Under the pieces are notes generated by a model that made no database searches, had not been told where the DNA came from, and was given only the letters and a program-made list of their open reading frames with translations. Shown here one piece after another: positions 7,214 to 14,678 of a stretch of 18,519 nt of DNA. The stretch lies in assembly GCA_045106895.1 (NCBI GenBank), contig JBGCFM010000208.1, positions 1 through 18,519 on the forward strand, written 5' to 3'. The first letter of the stretch is position 1, and every line of letters starts with the position of its first letter. Source of the DNA: Polyangiales bacterium (lineage in GTDB: Bacteria > Myxococcota_A > Polyangia > Polyangiales > Houyiibacteriaceae). Both the position numbers and the translations under genes were made by a program.

Positions 7214-8923
7214 TTAGATGGTGTCCGTGGATGGGCGGCCAAAGCGTGTCAGGACCACGGCTCCGAACCCGATGCATGCCGCGAAGACGTCCGCGAAAAC
7301 CGAAACCACCGGGATGGACGAGAGGACGAAAAGAATCGCGACTCCCGCGGCGAGCTGCTTGAGGGGGTGACCTTGCCACTTTGGAACGGGCAGAAGCGCT
7401 CCGAGAACCGAGGCCACGACGGCGAAGCCGAAGTACACGCTCACGGTTGTCAGGAGAACGACGAGGACCGAGAGCGGAATGCCGATGAGCGTTACGGCCA
7501 ACGCGAGTGTCAGGATGAGCGCGGCGAAGAAGCCGCCGGCGCCGCTCATCGCCGCACGAAGAGGCGAACGGATGACGGCCTGACAAAGCAGCGCGTGACG
7601 TGGCTGAAAAGCTCCCAGGAGAATCAGGCCGAGGAGAAAGATGACGCCGTGGCGAGAGGCGCGGCGAAAGAAGTTCCGCGCCGGCGGCTCGGCTTCTTCC
7701 GTCTCTACGCTCTGTTGGTTCCGGATGAACACGCCGGAGTCGTTTGTGATCTCTCCGCCCATCGATCCGACCTCTCCCAACACTCGGGCGCCCGGGAAGA
7801 TGTGTATGTTCCCGCCCATCGACATCAAATCGCCGTGAACGACACCTCGCACTTCAATGTTCCCACCCATGCTGAAGCAGTCTCCCAGGACCGTTCCGTC
7901 TACGACGGCGTTTCCTCCCAAAGTGACCAGGTCGCGGACCGTTTCGCCCGTAGAGAGCTGAATGTTGTCCCCCATAGAGAACCGGTCATCGACACTACCC
8001 GGTGGGAGCGGCGGGAGCGGGGGCTGAGGAGCAACCGGGGCGACCGGAGCAATTGGAGCAGCCGGGGCGACCGGAGCGACCGGAGCATCGGGAGCCGCCT
8101 CCGGACGAGCGGAGCCCGCGGGCAGAACGACGATCATGCCGTCCTGCCTGCTCACGCTGGCGTCTGGCTCGCCGGCGAGGGCGACGCTGAGGAACGCCCG
8201 CAATGGCACGTCGCTCACGCGAACCGTGATGAGCGGGTCCGTCTGCAAGTGAGAAACGATGTTGAGGTTTGAGTCTTCCGCGACTTCGCGCAGCACAGCG
8301 GATCTGGACTCGTTTTCGGCGTCGACGGAAACGCGTTCCGTCGCGGGCCATTCTCCATGAAAATCCTGGGCGCCGGAATACGAAGGAGCGCCAAGGGACG
8401 TGGCGAGGAAGACGACGGAGATCGCGCCTCGCGCAGCGCGGGAGCGGCGTCCGAGGAGAAGAACGAGCGCGATGCAAACACAGGCGGCGGCGAAACCGGC
8501 GCCGACGGGCAGTCGGCCCATCGCCGAGGTCGCCAGGGAGACGAAAGAGCCCGCGAGTTGTGCCGCACGGGCCAGGTCGTCCCAGCCAGGAAGTCGCGGC
8601 AAAGAGAGCAGACCAAAGCCCACCGTTGAAACGAGGGCGACGATGCCTGCGAGCTTCAGATGGCGAGCTTCTACGACGGGAGGCGCGTTCTGGATGGCGC
8701 GCTGAACAAGGGCTCCGACGTTCACAGGCGGATGGGCGTCGTCGAGGAGCAGTCCAACATCCAGCGAAAGTGCGCGGGCACGCGCAATCTCTTCGCGAAG
8801 CGTGGGGTCTTCGGCGACGCGTGCGAGTGTCGCCGCGTCTACAAGGTCTTCACGCCCACTTGCTAGCGCTTCGAGGAGCTCGTCGTCGAGGACGTTTTGG
8901 GTCACCGTTTTTTCGTTTGCCAT
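7214..8923 (-). CDS. Putative anti-sigma membrane protein: N-terminal helical domain, TMs, STN/secretin-N-like domain, Pro-rich linker, bactofilin-like (polymer-forming) beta-helix, C-terminal multi-TM domain
   Basis: Start overlaps the ECF sigma stop by 1 nt at 8923. ERVSVDAENESRSAVLREVAEDSNLNIV...ITVRVSDVPL matches the STN pattern; there are ~17-aa repeats [VL]xGDxxSMGGNIx[VI]xG; the C-terminus is hydrophobic with VTLIGIPL. Confidence 0.8.
   Translation of the reverse strand: MANEKTVTQNVLDDELLEALASGREDLVDAATLARVAEDPTLREEIARARALSLDVGLLLDDAHPPVNVGALVQRAIQNAPPVVEARHLKLAGIVALVSTVGFGLLSLPRLPGWDDLARAAQLAGSFVSLATSAMGRLPVGAGFAAACVCIALVLLLGRRSRAARGAISVVFLATSLGAPSYSGAQDFHGEWPATERVSVDAENESRSAVLREVAEDSNLNIVSHLQTDPLITVRVSDVPLRAFLSVALAGEPDASVSRQDGMIVVLPAGSARPEAAPDAPVAPVAPAAPIAPVAPVAPQPPLPPLPPGSVDDRFSMGDNIQLSTGETVRDLVTLGGNAVVDGTVLGDCFSMGGNIEVRGVVHGDLMSMGGNIHIFPGARVLGEVGSMGGEITNDSGVFIRNQQSVETEEAEPPARNFFRRASRHGVIFLLGLILLGAFQPRHALLCQAVIRSPLRAAMSGAGGFFAALILTLALAVTLIGIPLSVLVVLLTTVSVYFGFAVVASVLGALLPVPKWQGHPLKQLAAGVAILFVLSSIPVVSVFADVFAACIGFGAVVLTRFGRPSTDTI
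8020..8095 (-). repeat. 9-bp coding tandem repeat encoding the (APV/API/APA)n linker
   Basis: Repeated gcgaccgga/gcaaccggg-like units on the plus strand; protein APDAPVAPVAPAAPIAPVAPVAPQ. Confidence 0.7.
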
Positions 8924-9495
8924 TAGTTCTCTCCAAGAGACGCACGAAGACGCTTACGTCCTCGATGAAGCCAGGTCATGACCGTGCCCTTTGGCACGTT
9001 GAGGGCAGCGGCGATCTCTTCGTATGAGTTGCCGCTGACGTGAAAGAGCACAAGGGCCGCGCGCATCGGCTCCGGGAGCTCGCCGAGCGCTTTGTCGACT
9101 TCTGCTGTTTGTACGCGCGCGAGGGCCAGTCGCTCTGGCCCGGGTGACGACGACGCCGTATCGATGGGCTCTCGTGCATCGAAGGTGGCTTGTTCGAGAC
9201 CACGCCTGCGTCCACGGTCGCGACATACGTTCCGCGCGACGGTGAGAGCCCACGCTCGAAAGGTGCCGCGCTCGGGGTCAAAGGACTTGAGAGCGATCAC
9301 GATTTTCTCCAGCGAACGCTGCGCGTTGTCTTCGAAGTCCCGCGTTCCGCTGAGGCGATGACACAAACGAAGAATGTCCGGGGCGGCTCGGCGCAGAAGC
9401 GCTTCGAGGCTTTCCCGATCACCGCCCCGCGCCTTTTGAGCGAGCGCGTCGAGGGACGCCTCCGCCTGTCGCGGGGAAGGTGGACTTTGAACCAT
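8923..9495 (-). CDS. ECF (sigma-24/RpoE-type) RNA polymerase sigma factor
   Basis: Region 2 (EDNAQRSLEKIVIALKSFDPERGTFRAWALTVARNVCRD) and region 4 (LPEPMRAALVLFHVSGNSYEEIAAALNVPKGTVMTWLHRGRKRLR). Start is either ATG 9495 or ATG 9513. Confidence 0.95.
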   Translation of the reverse strand: MVQSPPSPRQAEASLDALAQKARGGDRESLEALLRRAAPDILRLCHRLSGTRDFEDNAQRSLEKIVIALKSFDPERGTFRAWALTVARNVCRDRGRRRGLEQATFDAREPIDTASSSPGPERLALARVQTAEVDKALGELPEPMRAALVLFHVSGNSYEEIAAALNVPKGTVMTWLHRGRKRLRASLGEN

Positions 9496-9549
9496 TAGTG
9501 AGAGAGTACGCATGGAGTTCGCCGGGCGTGAGGAATGTGCAGGATTGCG

Positions 9550-10080
9550 CTAGAGCGATGCGAAGGACGCGGCGTCGCGGTAAGGGTGAGCGCCAGAGGG
9601 CGCGGAGTTGGATCCAGGTCGAAGGGACCCGATGCCGGCCATCGCCAATGTCGCGCCGACAAGCGGCCCGAGGAATGGCACCTGCACCAGCAAGAACGCC
9701 GTCGCGGTACCGGCAGCGAGCTGTTTCACTTCGCTGCCACGAAGGGATTCGATGGGGAGGGCGGCGCCGAGGAGGCTGCAGCCGATGGCGAGTCCGACGT
9801 AGCTCGCCATCGAGAGGGCGCAGCCCACCGCGAAGGCGAAGGGGATACCAATCACGGTGACAACCAGCATCGCCACGAGAGAAATGGCGAGGGCCGAGAT
9901 CACGAAGCCTCGGATGACGGAGCGAACCGGCGAGCGGACCAGGTTCGCGCGAACACCGTTGAAGCGCTCTGGGAAGAAGCGCCTCCAGCCAAGGGCTACG
10001 ACAAACACCAACGCGAAGCTGACGAGGCTCCCACCGAGCCAAGAAAAGGGGGAGAGACCGAGGAGGAGGAAGGTGGACAT
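9550..10080 (-). CDS. Integral membrane protein paralogous to the C-terminal TM domain of 7214..8923
   Basis: Shares RSP[VL]R, VT[VL]IGIP, Y[VF]G[LF]A, LGA[AL]LP and KQLAAG in the same order and spacing; purine-rich GGAAAGAAAAG upstream of the ATG. Confidence 0.85.
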   Translation of the reverse strand: MSTFLLLGLSPFSWLGGSLVSFALVFVVALGWRRFFPERFNGVRANLVRSPVRSVIRGFVISALAISLVAMLVVTVIGIPFAFAVGCALSMASYVGLAIGCSLLGAALPIESLRGSEVKQLAAGTATAFLLVQVPFLGPLVGATLAMAGIGSLRPGSNSAPSGAHPYRDAASFASL

Positions 10081-10120
10081 GGCTTTTCTTTCCGAGGCGG
10101 CAGGCGCCTCTGATCATTCC

Positions 10121-10147
10121 TACGGAGGACGCCTCCGGCGTATTTCA
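10121..10147 (-). promoter_or_regulatory. Candidate ECF-type promoter TGAAAT-N17-CGTA
   Basis: Minus strand TGAAAT (10147-10142), 17 nt, CGTA (10124-10121), 40 nt upstream of ATG 10080. Resembles the B. subtilis SigW consensus TGAAAC-N16/17-CGTA. Confidence 0.45.
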
Positions 10148-10254
10148 GCGCTCGTTGGCTTTTCGGAGTGTTTTGGTGTTTTTGGCCCATTTTTCCGCAT
10201 TCTTGAGCCTCCTTCTCGTGGCGAGGGCCCTCGAACTCGCTATGCTCCGCGCCG

Positions 10255-12099
10255 ATGACGAAGAAGAAAAAGCCTAAGAACAAAGCAGTGAAGACCGCGT
10301 CCGGCTCCTCCGCGAGCACCGCTGACTCCAAGGAGTCCGCGGGGAGCGATTCGTCGGGCACTTCTTCGGACACGAAGACCAGCGAGGCGGGGCGCCCCTA
10401 CACCTGCGTTCATTGCTCCCACGAGTTTCGATTCGACGGGGAGGATGACCCCACTCGCTGTCCTTCGTGCATGCGCAAGGGCGGCATTGAGGCTGCGCAC
10501 GTGGCGCCCGAGGGGCGGCCTTCCTGGATGATTCCTGCTGTCGTCGCCGCCTGCGTGCTCGGCGCCGCTGGTGTCTACGCCGCCACCTCCGCGGAGGGTC
10601 GCGGCGAAAGCGCCGGCGAGATACCCCTGACACCGCTGTCGGCCAACGACCTCGCGGCGCACCTCCGGGAAGGGGGCGCCGACCCGGAACTTGCTGAAGT
10701 CATGCAGGGGGGAGAAGCGGCGGAGGCACTCGCGGAGCACGCGACTGGAAGCACCGCCGCGGCAAAGCTCGAGGCGCTTCATGCGTACATTCAACAGCGC
10801 CGTGACGACGACGGGTACGCGCTCCTAAGCTTGGACATGCCGCGGGAGATGAGCCCACACGACGCCGAGTGGGCCGCCGCGGCCCTTGCGTCGGACGAAG
10901 AAACGGAACTCTATCCGCTGGAGGTGGCGTTCGCCGCCGTCGCAGCGCTTCGCGAGGCGGATGTGCCGGCGATGGTCGCGGAGCTCTGGTTCCTTGAAGA
11001 TACGCGCCGCCCACCCGACCCCTCCGGACAGATGGGTTACTTTGGCGTAGCGCTCGTGGATGAAGGCGGCGACGCGTCTTACACCGATGTTTATGCGGGC
11101 GAGACCGTGGATTCGGACAGCGCGCGTGTACTGAATGACGTTCAGGCCGTCGCCGCATACTTGAGCCTTCGTGGACTCCAGCGGCTCGTGCATGAGAACG
11201 ACAGCGTCCGAGCGATGGGCGACGTTCAACGGGCGCTTCGACTCGATGAACGCTCTCCCTACATTCGCACGGCGCGCGGCACGATCCTCACGCAGAGCGG
11301 AGGTATCGAAGAGGGTGTTCGTGAACTCGAGGCGGCGGCGAATCTTCGCCGTGACGCGCCACGTTCCAACAACCTCGGCGGACTCTTCATCGCCCTTGAG
11401 CGTTACGATGACGCGGATCAAGCGATCACTTCCGCCCTCGAGGAGCAGCCAGATTTCGCCTTCGCCCACGCAAACCTCGCGGTGATTCATATGTCGCGCG
11501 GCGAGAGCAGCGACGCGTTTCGACAGCTCGAGCGGGCAGAGCGCCTTGAGCCGACGCTGCATGTTCTGCCTCTTTTGATGGCTCAGTATTACCTCTCGGA
11601 GCGTGACTCTGGATCCGCCGAGCGCTGGGTTCAGCGGGCCATCGAGCGTCAGCCCCGGAGCGTGCAAACACATCTTGCCGCAGCGCAGATCTACGGTTCC
11701 CTCGGCGAGTCAGACAAGATGCGTCGTGAGGTTCAAGCTACTCTGGAGCTCGTGCCAGCAGAACGACGAGACCTCTTTCGACAAGAGATTCGAGCGCGCC
11801 TCGGCGCCTCTGCTCTGGAAGAGCCCGATGACCTGGGCGACTTCGGCGGGGACGACTTGGGTGACGAGCTCGGCGGCGATGAGCTCGGCGACCTTGGCGA
11901 CCTCGGCGACCTCGGCGGCCTTGGTCTCGGCGGCGGCGGCGGCGGCGGCCTCCTGGGCGGCGGCGACTCCGGCGGTCCTTCACTCCTCGACGGGGACCTT
12001 GGCGGAGGTGGAGACTTTGACCTCGGCGGCGGCGGCGGCGGAGACTTGCAGCTTCGCGACCCAAGCGGCGGCGACTTCCAGCTGCGGCTTGGTCAGTGA
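10255..12099 (+). CDS. Membrane protein: Zn-ribbon, TM, degenerate transglutaminase-like domain, TPR repeats, Gly/Asp/Leu-rich tail
   Basis: CVHC...CPSC; TM WMIPAVVAACVLGAAGVYA; YPLEVAFAAVAALREADVPA...GYFGVAL...YTDVY; TPR-like helices (NNLGGLFIALERYDDA, PDFAFAHANLAVIH). Confidence 0.85.
   Translation: MTKKKKPKNKAVKTASGSSASTADSKESAGSDSSGTSSDTKTSEAGRPYTCVHCSHEFRFDGEDDPTRCPSCMRKGGIEAAHVAPEGRPSWMIPAVVAACVLGAAGVYAATSAEGRGESAGEIPLTPLSANDLAAHLREGGADPELAEVMQGGEAAEALAEHATGSTAAAKLEALHAYIQQRRDDDGYALLSLDMPREMSPHDAEWAAAALASDEETELYPLEVAFAAVAALREADVPAMVAELWFLEDTRRPPDPSGQMGYFGVALVDEGGDASYTDVYAGETVDSDSARVLNDVQAVAAYLSLRGLQRLVHENDSVRAMGDVQRALRLDERSPYIRTARGTILTQSGGIEEGVRELEAAANLRRDAPRSNNLGGLFIALERYDDADQAITSALEEQPDFAFAHANLAVIHMSRGESSDAFRQLERAERLEPTLHVLPLLMAQYYLSERDSGSAERWVQRAIERQPRSVQTHLAAAQIYGSLGESDKMRREVQATLELVPAERRDLFRQEIRARLGASALEEPDDLGDFGGDDLGDELGGDELGDLGDLGDLGGLGLGGGGGGGLLGGGDSGGPSLLDGDLGGGGDFDLGGGGGGDLQLRDPSGGDFQLRLGQ
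11827..12099 (+). repeat. Low-complexity coding repeats (CTCGGCGAC and GGC runs)
   Basis: Encodes DDLGDFGGDDLGDELGGDELGDLGDLGDLGG and poly-Gly stretches. Confidence 0.7.
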
Positions 12100-12701
12100 G
12101 TTCGCTGGACTTACCGCCACTGACTCCCGGGCCCTCTCTCGAAGCCCAAGAGCAGGCGATGAAGGGGGGCCGGAGCTTCGTCGCGTTCGCGGCGCTTGGC
12201 GCGCTTCTGCTCCTCGCAGGGTTGGCCTTTGCGTTCCTGTCTGGGGATGAGAACGAGGCCTACGTGACCCTCGGTCGCAATGTAACCGGTGCCAAGACTC
12301 AACTCTTCGACGGCTTTTGGATGTGCGCTTTCCATCGCACGGAGGACCCCGCCAACAACGAGGAGTTGGCGGAACTTTGGCATACGCAAGCTGAGATGGG
12401 CGGACCTCGTTTCGCGACGCAGCTCAACGGCTCATGCATCTCCCAGCTCGCAGAGCTTCAAGAACGTCTTGAGGCGTTGATTCCGCCTGACGATATGCGC
12501 TCCGATGTGAACGCGCTCATCACTGCAACGCGAGCGCTTCGCGGCGGCGTGAGTGATTTCGTCGCGTTCCTTGAGACCCAGACTTCTTACGAACGTGCTG
12601 ACCACGGTGACCGCGTTCGTCCCATCGCCCGAGGTTGGTACGACTTTCGTGCCGCCTACGGCCTCCTCAACGATCACCTCCGTACGCGCATCGACGAGTA
12701 G
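12096..12701 (+). CDS. Hypothetical membrane-anchored helical protein
   Basis: GTG overlaps the upstream TGA (GTGA); single TM (FVAFAALGALLLLAGLAFAFL) followed by a helical domain with 2 Cys. Confidence 0.8.
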   Translation: MSSLDLPPLTPGPSLEAQEQAMKGGRSFVAFAALGALLLLAGLAFAFLSGDENEAYVTLGRNVTGAKTQLFDGFWMCAFHRTEDPANNEELAELWHTQAEMGGPRFATQLNGSCISQLAELQERLEALIPPDDMRSDVNALITATRALRGGVSDFVAFLETQTSYERADHGDRVRPIARGWYDFRAAYGLLNDHLRTRIDE

Positions 12702-12723
12702 ACGCCGCGGCTCGCGAGATGAG

Positions 12724-13815
12724 CTAGCGACATAGCGCGCGCGGTGCCTCAGAGCGGTCCGGAACCAGCGAGATGGGTAGGCGCAAGGTGACTTCCCCGC
12801 TCGATGTGGGGAAGCGCAGTGCGCGAACGTGGTCGAGCACGCAGGTGCGAACGCCGCTGTCTTCGATCTCATCGCTCGTCGCGCATGCTCGCTCGACGGC
12901 GCCGCTTGGTCCGACGATGATCTCGAGGCCGAGTCGACCGCCGGAGGCGCTCTCGGGTCCAGCGTTCGCGAGACAGGCGGAGGCGCTGGACAGGCCCGAG
13001 AGTGCTTCGCGTGCCGCCGCCGCGTCCATATCACCCGTTGGGCCAGGCGTTCGTGGCTCCATGGCCGAGCACATCCCGGTGTCGCCTTCGCCGCGCGCCG
13101 GCGGGTCGGGCAGCGTCGTGTCGCCGCTCAGGGCGACGGCGAAGACGACGAGGGTCGCGGCTTCCGCGGGGAGGGCGGCGAGTACTTCCTGGAGCCGGGT
13201 CAGTGAAACACCCGCAGCGGCGCTGACGAATACACGGGACGCGCCCCTTTGGAGGGCTGCCTGCATCGCCGACGCCAAGGATGGGACAAGGACGTCATCG
13301 CCGACGAGGCTCCCGTCCGTGCTCCGGAGTGCGATGGACGATTCGTTGATGAGCACGGCGAGCGCTGGGCCGCCGGCCGGTGGCGGTGTGGCCGTCAGCG
13401 CGGCGAGAACCGGCGAGCCGCTACCGCGCTGACCCCAGCGCGAAAAGACCCGTACCCGGTCGCCGGCCGCGGTGAGCACGGCGGGGGGAGCCGGCGCGGG
13501 CCGGAGCGCAATGGCGACATCAGCACGCAACATATGACCTGCGTTCGCCTGTTCGAGAAGACAACCGCTCGAAGATTGGCCACCGCCGCGGGCGTCGAGA
13601 GCTCCGGCCGCGCCGACCAAGTCCGCGAAGGTGGCGCCCGCGGCGAGGCGCCTGGGGTCCGCCTCGGGTTGAGGCTCCTCGCGGGGTTCCGGCACATCGT
13701 TCCCGCTCTGGCGAAGGTCAGTGGGGTTGGGGGTCGTCTCTTCGGTGCTTGTACCGGACGGCCCGCACGCCAAGGCGCCTGCGAGAAAGAGCAACGCCGC
13801 GGGGAGTCGTGTCAT
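12724..13815 (-). CDS. Lipoprotein with C-terminal AgmX/PglI-C (TonB-C-like) domain
   Basis: MTRLPAALLFLAGALA-C lipobox from ATG 13815; C-terminal ACL...GRLGLEIIVGPSGAVE...DSGVRTCVLDHVRALRFP...GEVTLRLPISL. Confidence 0.8.
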   Translation of the reverse strand: MTRLPAALLFLAGALACGPSGTSTEETTPNPTDLRQSGNDVPEPREEPQPEADPRRLAAGATFADLVGAAGALDARGGGQSSSGCLLEQANAGHMLRADVAIALRPAPAPPAVLTAAGDRVRVFSRWGQRGSGSPVLAALTATPPPAGGPALAVLINESSIALRSTDGSLVGDDVLVPSLASAMQAALQRGASRVFVSAAAGVSLTRLQEVLAALPAEAATLVVFAVALSGDTTLPDPPARGEGDTGMCSAMEPRTPGPTGDMDAAAAREALSGLSSASACLANAGPESASGGRLGLEIIVGPSGAVERACATSDEIEDSGVRTCVLDHVRALRFPTSSGEVTLRLPISLVPDRSEAPRALCR

Positions 13816-13894
13816 GGGTTTGAGCGTAGAGCACATGGGCTGAAGGGTCGCGGGAAATTTGACCCCATCCCCGGTGGCAGACTAGCGCTGAGGT

Positions 13895-14665
13895 ATGGGG
13901 CGTTGGTTAGCGATGGGTGCATTGGTGTTGTTGGGGGCGGCGCTTGCTCACCCAGCTGTCGCCGACGGAACCGACAGCACCCGCGGGCCAGGCGCCCGGC
14001 GTCTTGCTCATCGCTCCCGTTCACTCGGCTTTCCTTTTCGTGGTCGGCTTCGCCGCGCCGTCGAACTGCGCCCATCGTCGCATCTTCGACTTCTTCCGGA
14101 GGCCCGAGGCGATGGCCGTTTCCACGGGACATGGGAGCTCGTGCAGCTTCTTGAGCGAGCTGCCTACCGTGTGGCTCGGCGAGTTCCTGGCTCCAAGCTC
14201 ACCGTCGGTGAGCTGTCCGCGGAAGAGGGCGGTCCTATCCCTGGGCATGCGTCTCATCAGAACGGCCGCGACGTGGACATTTCTTTCTACATGACCGACG
14301 CAGCGGGGCGCCCCTACGAGCCCTTCGCGTTTGCCGCCTTCGATCGAAACGGCGTCGGATTGCCGCCCAACCAGAGTCTTCGTTTCGACGACGCGCGCAA
14401 CTGGGAGCTCGTCGCCAAGCTCGTCGCTGATGGAGACGCGAAGGTTCAGTTCATCTTCGTCGCGCGCACGCTTCGAGAGCGACTCCTGGCCGAAGGGCGT
14501 CGTCGCCGTGCGCCGGCTCGTGTTCTAGAACGTGCTTCTCGCCTCCTGGTTCAGCCTGCCTCCGGCAACCCGCACCGGAACCACTTTCATCTGCGAATGT
14601 ATTGTCCACCGTCGAGTCGCCCGGCTTGTCAGGACAGGGCGCCTTTCCACCCTTGGTACCGCTGA
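13895..14665 (+). CDS. mepA: Penicillin-insensitive murein endopeptidase (MepA / peptidase M74-like)
   Basis: Signal peptide (AVA-D); VGELSAEEGG...GHASHQNGRDVD and HRNHFHLR zinc-ligand motifs. Start may be 13913. Confidence 0.85.
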   Translation: MGRWLAMGALVLLGAALAHPAVADGTDSTRGPGARRLAHRSRSLGFPFRGRLRRAVELRPSSHLRLLPEARGDGRFHGTWELVQLLERAAYRVARRVPGSKLTVGELSAEEGGPIPGHASHQNGRDVDISFYMTDAAGRPYEPFAFAAFDRNGVGLPPNQSLRFDDARNWELVAKLVADGDAKVQFIFVARTLRERLLAEGRRRRAPARVLERASRLLVQPASGNPHRNHFHLRMYCPPSSRPACQDRAPFHPWYR

Positions 14666-14678
14666 CGTCGCTGGGCGC

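Noticed and set aside
7079..9027. 397-aa and 252-aa plus-strand Arg/Glu-rich ORFs
   Set aside because: Antisense to the well-supported membrane protein and ECF genes; composition mirrors the hydrophobic codons of the real genes.
11870..12050. Short repeats as a CRISPR array or non-coding VNTR
   Set aside because: Units are 3 or 9 bp, in frame within a CDS, with no spacers and no cas genes.
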